Program-made: the position numbers and the translations under genes | Source of the DNA: Squalus acanthias | Lineage: Eukaryota | Direction of reading: 5' to 3' | Assembly: GCA_030390025.1 (NCBI GenBank) | Contig: CM059432.1 | Span: forward strand, 147,686,001-147,750,000 | DNA length: 64,000 nt | Shown here: positions 36,522-50,169 of the stretch, one piece after another | Layout of the letters: each line of letters starts with the position of its first letter | Numbering within the stretch: position 1 is the first letter of the stretch | Notes under the pieces: model-generated | Database searches by the model: none | The model's input: only the letters and a program-made list of their open reading frames with translations | What the model was told of the DNA's origin: nothing

Positions 36522-36670
36522 GGGGGTCATTTTAAACTAACCTGCCAGATGGGAAAGGATCCGCCGACCGTTTAACACCCCGCCCAATTTTACTCTCATT
36601 GAAGTCAAATGAGAGTAAAATTGGACAGGTTGTAAAACGGGCAGCCAACGCCAGCGCGAAAGGTTACAAT
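36522..36670. mobile_element. Short palindromic MITE
   Basis: Central perfect 17-bp inverted repeat ccaattttactctcatt/aatgagagtaaaattgg (36584-36624). Confidence 0.6.
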
Positions 36671-36676
36671 TATCTT

Positions 36677-37822
36677 CATAGAATCTTACAGCACAGAAGG
36701 AGGCCATTCGGCCCGTCATGCCTGTGCTGGCTCTTTGAAAGAGCAGTCGTACTCAGTCCCACAGCCCAGCTTTCTCCCCATAACCCTGCAAACTAGTCCT
36801 CTTCAAGAACATGTCCAATTGCCACTTGAAAATTCCTGAGGAATCTGCTTCCACCACCCTTTCAGGTAGTGCATCTGGATCTTAACAACCCTCTGTGTGA
36901 AAAAAAATCTCCTTATTTCCCCTCTAGTTCTTGTGCCAATTATTTTAAACCTATGGCATCTGGTTATGGACCCACTTGCCAGAGCAAACAGTTTCTCCCC
37001 GATTGCTCTATTGAAACCCCTCATAATGTTGAATATCTCTATTAGGTCTCCCCTTAACCTTCTCTGCTCTAAGGAGAACGATCCCAGCTTCTGCAATCTC
37101 TCCACATAACTGAAATCCCTCATCCTTGGTATCATTCTGGTAAACCTCCTCTGTACCCTCTCCAAAGCTTTGACATTCTTCTTAAAGTGCGGTGCCCAGA
37201 AATGTACACAATACTCCAGCTGAAGCCTAACCAGTGATTTGTAAAGGTTTAGCATAACATGTTTGTTTTTGTATTCAATGGCCCTGTTTACAAAGCCAAG
37301 TATCCCATACGCTTTCTTAACAACCTCATCAACTTGCCCTGCCACCTTCAAATATTTGTGAATATGCCCCCAGGTCCCTCTGCTCTTGCACCCCCTCAAA
37401 ACAGTACCATTTAGATTATACTGCCTCTCCATGTTGTTCCTCCCAAAGTGCATCACTTGACACTTATCCGCATTAAATTGCATCTGCCATGTGTCTGCCC
37501 ATTTCACCAGTCTGTCAATGTCTTCCTGAAGTCTGCTACTATCCTGTTCACTATTTACTGCGTTGCCAAGTATTGTATCATCCGCAAACTTCAAAGTTGT
37601 ACTCCCTATACCCAAGTCCAGGTCATTTATAGATAACACGAAAAGCAATGGTCCTAATCCCGACCCCTGGGGGACCCCACTGCATACTTCTCTCCAGTCA
37701 GAAAAACAACTGTTCACCACTGCTCTCTGCCTCCTATCCCTCAGCCAGTTACATACCCAAATTACCATCATCCCTTTAATCCCATGTGCTTCTATTTTCT
37801 GAATGAGTCTGTTATGTGGCAT
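36677..37822 (-). mobile_element. CR1 LINE 3' portion (RT domain to tail)
   Basis: 339-aa ORF with SGVPQGSGLGPLLF, KFADDT, LYKSLVRLQLEYC, RRLRGDLIE. Confidence 0.93.
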
Positions 37823-38339
37823 GATTTTCCAAACAGCCCCTGCCGCTGGTACATATTCTGAACATTTCCTTTACTGTACATTTGCCGCTTTTTATTGTAC
37901 AACTCTAGCCAGTTGGTCTCCACAAACAACTTTGCCACAGTCCTAAAAGTACAGAATCCTTCATAGATTATTTGCTTATTTTTGTCTGTATATATTCTTA
38001 TAACTTTCAGTCCCATTCCGAATCAGGTACTTATACAGACCTTTGTTAAGGTGTCAAATTAGCACAGATTTTTCTGGGAGTCTATTCCACACTCAATGCA
38101 TTATGAGGGAAAACTATTTCTTCTAGGCTTTTCTTGGGCCAGTTAATTTTAAACACGTGCCTCTGATCTGTGCTTCCAGGTAGAACTTACAAGGCTCCTC
38201 TGCTAGGTAGGTTTTGTAATTTTTGCCCTTAAATGTCCAAGTTAAAGAGACAGTTGAGATCTGAGTTACACATTCCTCTCAGCATTTTAAAATATAAATG
38301 TTCAAGAGTCATAACATGCAGAAGTGTCAGTCTTGTACC

Positions 38340-39141
38340 AGTGCTAGCACTCTCAGCTCTGAGTTACAAGGGCAGGGGTTCAAGTCCCACTCGAGATTTG
38401 TCGACATAATCTAGGCTTCCACATCAGTGCAGTATTGAGGGAGTGCCATCTTTCAGATGAGATGTTTATCCAAGATCCTACTCCCTCTCTCAAGTAGACA
38501 ATAAAAAAACCTGCAGCACTATTTGAAGAAGAGCATGGAAGTTCTCCTGGTGACCTGGCTAGCATTTAATGCTTCAACCCACATCGCTAAAAAATGGATT
38601 GTCTGGTTATTTATCTCATTCCTGTTTGTGGAATCTTGCTGCGCACAAATTGGCTGCCGTGTTTCCTTACATTACAACAGTGACTACACTCTGTGTCAGC
38701 TGTGGCTCAGTGGGTAGCACACTCGCCTGCAAGTCAGGAGGTTGTGGGTTCAAGTCCCACTCCAAGGAACTTGAGCACATAAAGCTAGGCTGACACTCCA
38801 GTGCAGTGCTGAGGGAGTGCTGCACTGTCAGAGGTGCCGTCTTTTGGATGAGACGTTAAACTGAGGCCCTGTCTGCTCTTTCAGGTGGACGTAAAAGATC
38901 CCGATGGCACTATTTTGAAGAAGAATATTTATCCCTCAACCAACATAACAAAAACAGTTTATCTGGTCATTATCACTTTGCTGTTTGTGGGAGCTTGCTG
39001 TGCGCAAATTGGCTGCCGCGTTTCCCTACATTACAACAGTGACTACACTCCAAAAAGTACTGCATTCATTGGCTGTAAAGCACTTTGAGACGTCCGGTGG
39101 TCGTGAAAGACGCTGTATAAATGCAAGTCTTTCTTCTTTCT
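38340..39141 (+). mobile_element. Two SacSINE1-like SINEs: older 38340-38693 and younger 38694-39141
   Basis: Two tRNA heads with B box ggttcaagtccc; the older copy's tail appears to resume at ~39142-39225. Confidence 0.85.
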
Positions 39142-39424
39142 TCAGAAGTACTTCATTGCACTATGAAGCATGTTTGAATGTCCTGATGTAATGAAAGGTA
39201 CTGTATCAATGCAATGTTTTCTTCGATACAGAAGATATTGCCCCTGACATTCTATGGGGCCATTTACATTGGTATTGCGCCCCTAAGCCGGGATTTCCAC
39301 CATCCGATCCGCTTACTCCATTGATGGTTCAGTAGCACAACTCTCGTGTAACACGGGACTCGTGCGCTTGGGGCATGGCTTGGAATTTAGAAGTGCGACC
39401 TTTAAAAAGTTAGGAAAGGCAGAA

Positions 39425-39750
39425 GAGTGGATGTGGAGAGGATGTTTCCTCTTGTGGGAGAATCTAGAACTAGGGGTCACTGTTTAAAAATAAGGGGTCG
39501 CCCACTTAAGACAGAGATGAGGAGAAATTTTTTCTCACAGAGGGTGGTGAGTCTTTGGAACTCTCTTCCTCAGAGGGCGGTGGAAGCAGAGTCTTTGAAT
39601 ATTTTTAAGGCAGAGGTAGATAGATTCTTGATAAGCAAGGGGGTAGGCAGGAATGTGGAGTAATCAGATCAGACATGATCTTATTGAATGGCGGAGCAGG
39701 CTTGAGGGGCCAAGTGGCCCACTCCTGCTCCTAATTCGTATGTTTGCATG
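39425..39750 (+). mobile_element. HER1-like CR1 3' end
   Basis: DVERMFPLVGESRTRGHCLKIRGRPLKTEMRRNFFSQRVV. Confidence 0.9.
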
Positions 39751-40059
39751 TAAGGTTGCAGTAGGAGGATTGGGGAACAACAGGTCAATAGAAAATGTTG
39801 AGCACAGTGAGTTGATTGTTAGGTAGCTGTACCAGTTGTAGCTGTGTTGCTCATGTGAGCCTTTGCACCAATGTAGAGCGTGCCTTCAAGTAGAGACCTG
39901 GTAATCACCCAAAGAAAGGAGAAGGGTATGGCTTGAATTGGGAAACAAATAGCTCACAATTTCAATGAGAACAACCTTCAGATGCTCCTACATATCATCT
40001 GGATGCCACCTATCTCACCCCCAAAACTGCACAACAATGCTGGAAGAAGCTCAACGAAT

Positions 40060-40265
40060 TCCCTAACCCTCTCCGCCTCTCTACCTCACTCTCCTCCTTT
40101 AAGATGCTCCCTAAAACCTACCTTTTTGACCAAGCATTTGGCCATCTGTCCTAATATCTCTTTGTGTGTCAAATTTTGTTTGATAACGTTCTTGTGAAGT
40201 GTCTTGGAACGTTTTACTACATTAAAGATGCTATTATAAATGCAAGTTGTTGTTGTTGTTGTTGT
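40060..40265 (+). mobile_element. L2-like LINE 3' end
   Basis: ctcctttaagatgctccctaaaacctacc..ataaatgcaag(ttg)n tail. Confidence 0.8.
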
Positions 40266-40417
40266 TGACGAGGGCAGGCAAGGTAACACACAGGCCACAG
40301 TGTCTTTTTATCTTTTTCTTCACAGTTTACACTCTAAACTTAATAGCTACACAAGTAAATCTTCACACTGTACTGTGGTTAAGGAGGTCACTGACTTGGG
40401 ATCTTAGAGTATGAGTT

Positions 40418-42018
40418 CCCATGTGCCTGCTGCCCTTGTCCTTCTAGGTGGAAGAGGTCGCGGGTTTGGGAGGTGCTGCCGAAGAAGCCTTGGTGAGTTG
40501 CTGCAGTGCATCTTGCAGATGGTACACACTGCAGCCACGGTACGCCGGTGGTGGAGGGAGTGAATGTTTAAGGTGGTGGATGGGGTGCCAATCAAGCGGG
40601 CTGCTTTGTCCTGGATGGTGTTGAGCTTCTTGAGTGTTGTTGGAGCTGCACTCATCCAGGCAAGTGGAGAGTATTCCATCACACTCCTTACTTGTGCCTT
40701 GTAGATGGTGGAAAGGCTTTGGGGAGTCAGGAGGTGAGACACTCGATACAGAATACCTAGCCTCTGACCTGCTCTTGTTGCCACAGTATTTATGTGACTG
40801 GTCCAATTAAGTTTCTGGTCAATGGTGACCCCCAGGATGTTGATGGTGGGGGATTTGGCGATGGTAAAGCCATTGAATGTCAAGGGGCGGTGGTTAGACT
40901 CTCTCTTGTTGGAGATAGTCATTGCCTGGCACATGTGTGGCACGAATGTTACCTGCCACTTATCATCCCAAGCCTGAACGTCGTCCAGGTCTTGCTACAT
41001 GCGGGCACGGACTGCTTCATTATCTGAGGAGTTGCTAATGGAACTGAACACTGTGCAATCATCAGCAAACATCCCCACTTCTGACCTAATGATGGAGGGA
41101 AGGTCATTGATGAAGCAGCTGAAGATGGTTGGGCCTAGGACACTGCCCTGAGGAACTCCTGCAGCGATGTCCTGGGGCTCAGAAGATGGGCCTCCAACAA
41201 CCACAATCATCTTCCTTTGTGCTAGGTATGTCTCCAGCCAGTGAGAGTTTCCCCCCCACCGATTCCCATTGACTTCAATTTTACTAGGGCTCCTTGATGC
41301 CACACTCGGTCAAATGCTGCCTTGATGTCAAGGGCAGTCACTCTCACCTCACCTCTGGAATTCAATTCTTTTGTCCTTGTTTGAAACATTGAAGTATTGA
41401 AACATATAAGATTCTGAAGGGGCTTGACAGGGTAGATGCAGAGAGGATGTTTCCCCTCGTGAGGGAATCTAGAACTAGGGGGCATAATTTCAGAATAAGG
41501 GGGCACCCTTTTAAAACGGAAATGAGGAGGAATTTCTTCTCTCAGAAGGTCGTGAATCTTTGGAATTCTCTTCCCCAGAGAGCTGTGGAGGCTGGGTCAT
41601 TGAATATATATTTAAGGTGGAGATAGACAGATTTTTGAATGATAAGGGAGTCAAGGGTTATGGGGAGCGGGCAGGGAAGTGGAGTTGAGGCCAAGATCAG
41701 TTCAGCCACGATCTTATTGAATGGCGGAGCAGGCTCGAGGGGCCAAATGACCTCCTCCTGCTCCTACGTCTTATGTACTTATGTTCTTATCTTTGGACCA
41801 AGGCTGTAATGAGGTCGGGAGCCGAGTGATCCCGCCTAAACCCAAGCGAAGCATCGGTGAGCCGGTTATTGGTGAGCGAGTGCTGTTTGAAAGCACTGTC
41901 GACGACATCTTCCATCACTTTGCTGATGATCGAGAGTCGGCTGATGGGGCGGTAATTGGACATGAATGGATTTGTCCTGCTTTTGTGGACAGGACATACC
42001 TGGGCAATTTCCCACATT
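40418..42018 (-). mobile_element. CR1-clade LINE RT fragment interrupted by a HER1-like CR1
   Basis: NYRPISRLSIISKVME, ALDIKAAFDRVWH, GVPQGSVLGPTIFSCFINDL, MFADDC. Confidence 0.92.
41390..41789 (+). mobile_element. HER1-like CR1 3' end nested in CR1
   Basis: Similar to 6738-7127; (ttatgt)n tail. Confidence 0.9.
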
Positions 42019-42981
42019 ATCAGTTAGATAGTATTAGTAATACATTCTATGAATAGCTAAATGGGCCGTGTTTGATGTTAGTGATACATTTTATGGATGG
42101 ATTGATGGTCCTTCCTTCACAATAATTCATTATTTTTGTGTCATTTTCCTTGGCAGTGGCTTCTTTAATTAATTGGGTGGTCGCCAATCACATTCTATTC
42201 CTGCCCCCATTCCAGTTTGGATTTGCCATTTTTGCCAGATGGTTTAATGGATTTAAAACAGGAGCTAATGAGGGAGTGATTTCATACTCTGCATTATCCT
42301 CACCATCAGCTCAGAGGCACTTTGGACATGAATAACATTGAAACAGAACCATTTTCCACTGTTGCTCAGAGAAGTGACAACACTGAATAATGCTTGAGAA
42401 GCAAAGCCGCAAACTTGACAGGCGCTTTACTCAAGCTTTCCAATTCTTTCCTCTTCTGTTAACCTCTCTGAGCTGCCGCAGGTGCCTGACTCGTGGAGCA
42501 GCAACCGTTCCGTGCCACTCCCAACGTTGCCGAGTTCGAAAGAGCAACCCCTGAGCTCACTGAGGAAATAATCAATCAGGCCGACCGCAGAGGCTTCTCT
42601 AAGGTCATTAGTCGGTCATTCAGTTGGATAGAAGCCACACTTTTGCTGGCAATCACACCAGACAGGAAAATTGCGGGTCAGGCATTAAAAACCACCTGCA
42701 GTCGAGGGGCGGACGCGCCGCTTGAGAAATCGGGAGATTTTCCGAATGCCCCCCGTGAATGGTTCCCTCGCACTGTGTCATTGGCGATGCCCCCCTTCTG
42801 TGAGATTCCCAAAGAATCCCGTGTCCGTACGGGGAGCCAGACTGCCCCTGGCTGCATTCTCCAGCATGGCCGCAGGATATCTTGATATACTTTTGCAAGG
42901 ATTACTGTACCAAGTTTATTTCTCTCCGAACTCTTGACTTGAAGAAGGAGTCGAAGCACACAATTGAAACAAAGAAATACT

Positions 42982-43155
42982 GGCCCAGAATTTCCTGAAA
43001 ACGTGCATCGTAATAATGGTACAATGACAGCACATGTCATTACTATGGTGCAGACTTTCCAGGGAATTCTAGCAGTAAGTTTTCCAGAACCTCTATGCCA
43101 TTCTGATATTACCCTCACTGAAACAGTGATAATTTACTTATTATAGTTCTGCCCC
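42982..43155. mobile_element. Probable short MITE
   Basis: Starts ggcccagaattt; internal inverted gtaataatgg/cattactatgg; similar to 180-313. Confidence 0.4.
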
Positions 43156-43624
43156 CATTAAAAATCCACGATCACTGCCATTTTCCTGCATTTAAGCCAA
43201 TTTTCACGCTGCTACTACTTAGACTGAAAATGAATGGTCTAAATAGCCTGGCAACGGCGAGATTAAAGGGTGCATTCTCCGACTGCACTTAAATGATGTG
43301 CTAAAATGTGTTTGCGGGACATTGAATGGGACAATACGTTCGGGACACTTGACGAGTAAGAGAAACCTAACCAAGTTTCATTTTTTGAATGCGATTGATC
43401 CTATTCCTGCCATTTCTGCTGGTGGGGATTGTCAAAATATCACAAATCATTCAGTCAGCTGTTCAACCTCCTGTAATTATTTCATCCATGCCGTACGTCT
43501 TTGGTTGTGTTTGCTCCATTGTGAAAATCTGATTGCTCAAATTGCTGAGTGTTTGATCAATTCCAAATGCATCAATTAACCAGTTCACTCAGTATTTAAA
43601 AATCAAACCGCACTTTCATTTTCA

Positions 43625-44450
43625 GCAACAACAACTTGTATTTATATAGCGCCTTTAACGTAGTAAATGGCTTCACAGGAGCGATTATCAAACAAAACTT
43701 GGCACCGAGCCACATAAGCAAATATTAGGACAGGTGACCAAACGCTTGGTCAAAGAGGTAGGTTTTAAGGAGCATCTTAAAGGAGGAGAGAGAGGTAGCG
43801 AGGCGGAGAGGTTTAGGCAGGGAATTCCAGAGCGTAGGGCCTAGGCAACAGAAGGCATGGCCGCCAATGGTGGAGCGATGAAAATTGGGGAAGTGCAAGA
43901 GGCCAGAATTGAAGGAGCGCAGAGATCGCGGAGGGTTTTAGGGCTGGAGTAGGTTACAGAGCTAGGGAGGAGCAAGGCCATGGAGGAAATTGAAAACAAG
44001 GATGAGAATGTTAAAATGGTACCAACCAGGAGCCAATGTAGGTCAGGGAGCACAGGTGTGATAGGTGAACGGGACTCGGTGTGAGTTAGGATACGGGCAG
44101 CAGAGTTTTGGATGAGCTCAAGTTTATGTAGGGTGGAAGATGGGAGGCCGGCCAGGAGAGCGGTGGAACAGTCAAGTCTAGAGGTTACAAAGTGGATGAG
44201 GCTTTCGGCAGCAGATGAGCTGAGGGGGGGCGGAGTCGGACGATGTTACGGTGGTGGAAGTAGGAGGCCTTGGCGATAAAGAAAAAAGAAAGACTTGCAT
44301 TTAGATAGCGCCGTTCACAACCTCAGCACGTCCCAAAGCGCTTTACAGCCAGTGAAGTTCTTGTGAAGCGAAGTCACTGTTGTAATGATAATAGGAGCGG
44401 ATATGTGGTTGGAAGCTCATCTCGGGATCAAATACGACACCAAGGTTGTG
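43625..44450 (-). mobile_element. L2-like LINE 3' fragment with a SINE tail fragment inserted at ~44280-44385
   Basis: (caa)n tail; minus-strand PDLHWL motif; inserted SacSINE-like tail. Confidence 0.85.
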
Positions 44451-44518
44451 AAACTTGGATCAGGGAAACTCAAGTTAAATAGGTCTGGGTACACAGCAAC
44501 ATTACCATTAGACTCAAT

Positions 44519-46208
44519 GGCCACGATTTCGCCGACCGAGGTGGGTCCGGGGCGGCCGGGGTCGCGGTCCCAGCCCACTGCCGACTGCAGCTTACTTTAA
44601 TAGGGCTTGTTAAGCCCGCCCTGCGAGGTTTCTGGCCAATTAAAAGGAAGCGGGTCTGATGACGTGTCATCAGCCGGTTTCCTTAAAGGGGCCATGTCCA
44701 AATTGATTTTGACAGTTGTGCTGTTAGTGTTCTACAGCATTGAGGTGTTGCAAACACTGACAGTCACTGCACAAAGGTGCACCCTCCATATGCTTATGGA
44801 GCGAGTCACAGCACGCAGGGAGGTTCTCTTCCCTTCCCATGGGCGGAAGAGACCTCCCCAGGAGATCAACGCAGCCTGGCTGCACATTGCACAGGAGGGC
44901 ACAAGCAGGGATGTCGTCAGGAGGACCAGGCTGCAGTGGCACAAACCTTTCAATGATCTCAGTAGATCATGAAATGTTACTGCAAAGCCACACTCAACCT
45001 CATCCTGCTGTGCCACTCATCACATCCCCATCACTCTGCCTTCCCTACCCTACTCCTGCACATCCTTACTCACACCAACTTACCTTGCACCTCCACCCAT
45101 CCCTCTCTATCTACATTATCACATCCCCATCTCACTAGCCACCCCTCACACTCACCCTCATCCTACTGCAAGCATACCAACTAACAACACACAAGGGTAG
45201 GCACTTGTATGCTTTAGTCAATGTTCATGTGAAGTTTCTGGTAATGTGCTGTCAAACATTGAAACCTTTATTTTCAGCACTTTGTGTTCTTGGACAGAAG
45301 GGTAACCCCCCCCCCCCTCCCCCCCCCCCAATGGTGATGAGTGTGAAAGGAATGGTTTGGGCATTGTAGGGATGCTTTATGGTGTTGGTGTTGGGTGGTG
45401 CCAACCTGGCGCATCATGTGGCAGCCAGCGTGTACAGCATCAAGTGAATTAAATCTGGACATGGTGTGGCCATCCCTGGCCTCCCAGGCAGCAATGTGGT
45501 CTGGTGTTGATGCCCTGTGTCCTGTGCAGCATCAGTTGATTGTGGAGAGGGCTGGTGTTGTTGTTGTTGTGCTGCTGGTGTACCTGGTGCTGCTGGTGTC
45601 GGGGCTGATCGTGGTGGGATTCTGAAGACCAAGTTGAAATATTTTCAAGGGCACTGATGCTGATGGAATAGATGGCAGGTGAGGTTGAGATGACAGAAGC
45701 GATCTGTCAATGGTGAGAGAGGTTGTTCCAATGAGGTGGCACTGGATAGAGAGTTGGCTCCACACACTTGCAAGCTGCAGAAAGCTCAATCTGTCTTCCA
45801 AATGCAGTAACCAACAGTTTCTGAGCTTTGAAAGTGAACAGCTGTAACATGGGATCTTTTATACAACTTTGGCAACTGTCAGGTCAAGAGATAATTCAAT
45901 GCTGAATCCACTCACGACATGCTGAGCTGACATGTTCCCCGAGCAGCGGGTAACCCGTGGGGGAGCGCGTAAAATTGAAATGTAGGCTTAAAATAACACT
46001 TAATTGGATGTTAACAACCCATTTAATGAAGTGAATTGCCTCCCCCGTTGTTTGGTGTCGGGTCTGTTCAGCGCCGACAGATCCGACACTTGGGAGACTC
46101 GCGTGGAGGCGGGTTGACAGTGGGTTCCCTACCCGCTGTCAATCTTTGCTATTTTGACAGCAGACCCACCTCCGAATCCGCCCTCTGAGCGCCAGCAAAA
46201 TTCAGCCC
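44519..46208 (+). mobile_element. Non-autonomous Harbinger derivative with Myb exon 1
   Basis: Imperfect TIR ggccacgatttcgc...gcaaaattcagccc; flanks AAT/ATT; MERVTARREVLFPSHGRKRPPQEINAAWLHIAQE. Confidence 0.8.
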
Positions 46209-46634
46209 ATTATTTTAAAATCGAATTGCACTTTGATTTTCATTATCGCTGGCTGTTGCCATCTATAAACAGGTCTTATGTTGAAAATGAGGGTTGAGAA
46301 ACCAGGAAGGAGAGATGGAGAGGGGCAACACGTGTAATATTTGAACATTTAACCAAAACAATAAAGTACAGATTCTGGTCAGAAATATTGACACATGCTT
46401 CATTACTGAAATGCTCAAAATATAAGGAAATTTTGTATGAAATCCATCACCATTTGGGATTTTTTTTTTCTGAAACTGAGCAAGATTTGTCCAATTTGTA
46501 AAGTGTGCAGCCCAAGAAAAAACAAACTTTAGGGAACTTATAATTCTAACTATGTAAGAAGTCCCCGTGAATGGACTGCACGCACAGAAAGGCACCAGTG
46601 GACCCATCTCAAAGAATCTCTGAATCACTGGATG

Positions 46635-47245
46635 GACGGGAGAGGGGCAGTGAGGGGGGGGGTGGTTGGATAAAATGTTTTAAATCGGAAACCCAACCCC
46701 AACATGCCTCCGACGTTTCCATTTGTGGTTTTAACGGAGGTGGGTTGGGGGGCGGGCGACTAACCTGCTCTCGACAGGCGGGCCAGTTATTTAAATATGT
46801 TAATGAGGCTGCGTGCCTTATATTTTACCGTAGCCTCCGATTTAATTGCTGCGTGCTGAGTTCGGGAAACCCGCTAGCCGAATGGAGGCGGGAACAGCTG
46901 GATCCAACAGGGAAGTGCATTTCCAGCACTGCTTCCGAGTCAGGAGGAGCAGGAATGCTGAAGGATTAAGATGCCTTTTGAAGCTGTACAAAGGGTCCCT
47001 GGGTTTTTTTTGTCCCTCTCTTGTGATTGCTCCCTTTAGTTTTCCCAATCCCTTTAAACTTGATTTGCCTGCAATTTCCCCCACCCAGTACCAGTGCCCT
47101 GCTTCAACTCCTCTGACATTGCTATGAATAATTATGCAAATTAAATTATACTGGAAAAGTGAGTGCACTTGGCCTTTCAGGCAGGATTTGCATCAGTTCC
47201 TTCTCAGTTAGAGCTGACTGAGACCCAGAGATGAAAATCTGCCCC
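46635..47245. mobile_element. Harbinger-type element fragment, inverted relative of 19310-19641
   Basis: taatgaggctgcgtgcct and caggaggagcaggaatgct match the reverse complement of 19310-19470; ends aaaatctgcccc. Confidence 0.55.
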
Positions 47246-48742
47246 AAAGGATCGAGGCCGGCCAGGTAGCTCCTATAGTTTGTAATATAAGAAAAAAAAC
47301 AACTATGTACGTATAGAAGTTAATTATAAAATTCTAGCTTAGTATGGAGATCGTGAACCATTATTATTTTCCTTATTTCAAGGGGCTAATATAGTCTAGA
47401 GTTAATAGAAATATTATATTGCTGTTATTTTTTTGCTTGCTAATCTATTGTCCATTAAATTCGTGAAGAAGTTAAAGCCAAAGATGAGATTTGGTGCTGC
47501 GATATTCTGTTGCTTCTCAGAAGACACGAGGAAAATCCTGTGGAGACACAGGATAGATTCAGTACTAAAGGAATCTGAGAAAAGCTTTTTATTCATTAGG
47601 TATTCAAGTTATCAAAACTTAGCGAGAGCTCAGAGTCAGGGAGGATACTCTTAAAGATATTGCTAAGACTCATCTATGGGAGTAAACAAAAATAGGGAAG
47701 CATAATTATCTAGAGTCAGAGGGACAGGAATTCCCCAAAACCGCAACACTTTGTTTACTGAGAATCGTTTGCCATCACCTAATTCCCAACTGAGCCTCTG
47801 ATCCTGTGTTATTTCCTCAAGTTGTCTCTCTTGTTTGAAGCTCTCAAAGTACGTTGACTAAAGCCCTTTAAACTCATCAAAGAATTGTTTGCGTTTTATA
47901 AAGGAAACAAGGATCAACATTAATCTGCTTGCTGTTGTCAACCACTTCTGAAAGCAACTGCATGACATGCTGCGTCTGTAGCTGCAGCCTTTGCTGACAA
48001 TCTTTGCAAAAAAGAAACGCCCGCCTCCAATAAGCTGAAAGCATTATCAGTTTTTTTAACAGGAGCCCAGTAATATTTTACAGACAGCACAATTAGAAAG
48101 TGCAGCTCTAAAGTTAAACGTAACCTCCCATAGCCTGGAACAAATGCCATGAACCAGCCTCATCCAGCAGCAGTGTGTCTTTGAAAGTAATGCAGCAGTG
48201 ATAAGCTTACCTGGAGCAGTCAAACAGACAGACGCTGCTCTTTGTGGAGAAATGAGGCAGTTATAGTTCCAAAAGGTCGCCAGCCATTCTGCGTGACATG
48301 AACTACACAGCTGGTTCACAGCTTGTGAGGAATTCACCCAACTTCTTCCTGCTTTTACCTACCCTGAGCAAGTTCCACAAATCCGATTGGATATTTCCCA
48401 TAGCCCTTCCCACTATTCAAGTTAAATTCAGGGAAATCAAACTTGTTTTAAAGGGGCGTCACTGAGAAGTGTTTGGCAAACCTTTCCCATGTTGATTGTA
48501 TACGCCCAGCACAAGCAATATCACCTGAAGCGTGCTGCTGGGGTTCAAGTGTATCTGATTACATTTTCTTTTAATTTACATGACCTCTTCTAAATCTGCG
48601 TTCTAAAAGTGTACAGTATACTAGGTGCCATGGTTCCTGCAACTATAACTCTGGCTGCACTCAGTGCAACCGCTCCAAAACAGAAGCTCGCTGAGCAGCC
48701 CCCTCCCAACTGCTCAAGGAACTGAGTGCCCAAAGGATCATA

Positions 48743-49540
48743 GGCCTAGAGAGTGGACAATGCTGGAAACCTGCCGCTGACGTTGGCGGCCGAGGACAAC
48801 GGCCGTCGGCCAAGAGAGCGCAGGCTATACCGGCATTTTGGTACTGCCTGCTCATCATCATCAGCGTGGCAGGGATTCGCTAATGTCAGAAAGAGACCAA
48901 AGGTCGCCTCAGTCACCCGCTCGCCGCGTAGGGGAGTGGGCAAGAAAGGAGCGACTCCAACAGTCGCCGTACGTGCTCCAAAAATATTAGCTGCCGCCCG
49001 ATGTTTGGTGATTTTTTTTGTTTGTTTATGACATGAATGCAGATAAAAGAAATTTTTATCACAGATCATTTTCAATCATTCGCAAGGGAGTTCACCCATT
49101 GATCTACTGGCCCACAAACACTGTCGGCCACCCAGAAAGCTGCCAAAAAATAAAGTTTAAAAGAAGAGCCTTGGCAAAGGAGGCGTTTGAAGATCCGACG
49201 TCCATCCTCACAAGTTATCCCAGACTCCTCATGGCCATTAACACCGCTGAAAGATCTTTGAGCGGCAGCACTCACTGGCGGGATTTAGTGCGGGCGGCAA
49301 TGCGAGCGGAGAACTCCAAAATGGATGAGCTGGCGTCAACTCGGCGTTGCACGCCTATTGACGTCACGCTCCACCTCATTAATATACTGTCATCGATTAC
49401 AGTTAAAGGCAGCGATGACAACCTGCCGAAAATGGCGGCCACCCCAGTACCCGCCACCAGCTGGCGGAAGAGCGCTGGGTGCCGTTTTTTTGCCATTTCA
49501 CGGCGCTAACAGGTGGCGCAAACCACCCGAATTTGAATCA
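48743..49540. mobile_element. CpG-rich MITE-like insertion
   Basis: Starts ggcctagaga; CpG-rich ends around an AT-rich core, like other MITEs here; TIR/TSD not resolved. Confidence 0.4.
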
Positions 49541-49919
49541 TATAGCACAGAGTCAGGCCTGGCCTTTCTTTGACTACACTTTTACGCTTTATGGGCTGGA
49601 AATTCATTAGACTAAAAATGGTTAAGTAGCGCCAGTTGAAAATTGTCTAAACGGCACGCAAAATTCGTCCTCACTCCTCACTAAAATGATTGCAGTCATG
49701 ATTCTGGTCTAAAAACCCAAGCTCATTGGCATTACACTGAAAAAGATGGACCAATATCGGGTGTAGTCTAAACGCAAGTAATGATTGCGAAAGACTTTTT
49801 CCACTACTTAAAGGGGAGGTCCATTGATGCTGCAGCACCTCATTCTCAGCATTGTTGGGTGTGTAGCTGCCTCAACAACCATAAGAAGAATGACAAAGAG
49901 AAGGAGCACTTATTTACAA

Positions 49920-50169
49920 ATGCTGATAGCAGATCGCCACCCCAGGGAGAGAGCCCGGAGGTTTTCTGAGGAAGCTTTGCAGGCATTGGTTTTAGCGGTG
50001 GAGAGAAGGCAGGCAGTCCTGTACCCGACACCTGGCAGGAGGCCCTTGCCACAAGTCTGCCAGACTATGTGGAGGGAGGTGGCACACCACGTCATGGGCA
50101 GCACTGTGGTCTCCCGGTCCCACACCCAGTGCAGGAGGAAGTTTAACGAGCTCACACGGGTGGTCAGGG
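49920..50169 (+). pseudogene. Myb/SANT-like exon 1
   Basis: RERARRFSEEALQALVLAVERRQAVLYP..WREVAHHV..RSHTQCRRKFNELTRVVR|gtgagt. Confidence 0.85.

Noticed and set aside
42482..42885. Splice-acceptor-like site and 130-aa ORF
   Set aside because: No recognisable protein, no convincing donor or partner exons
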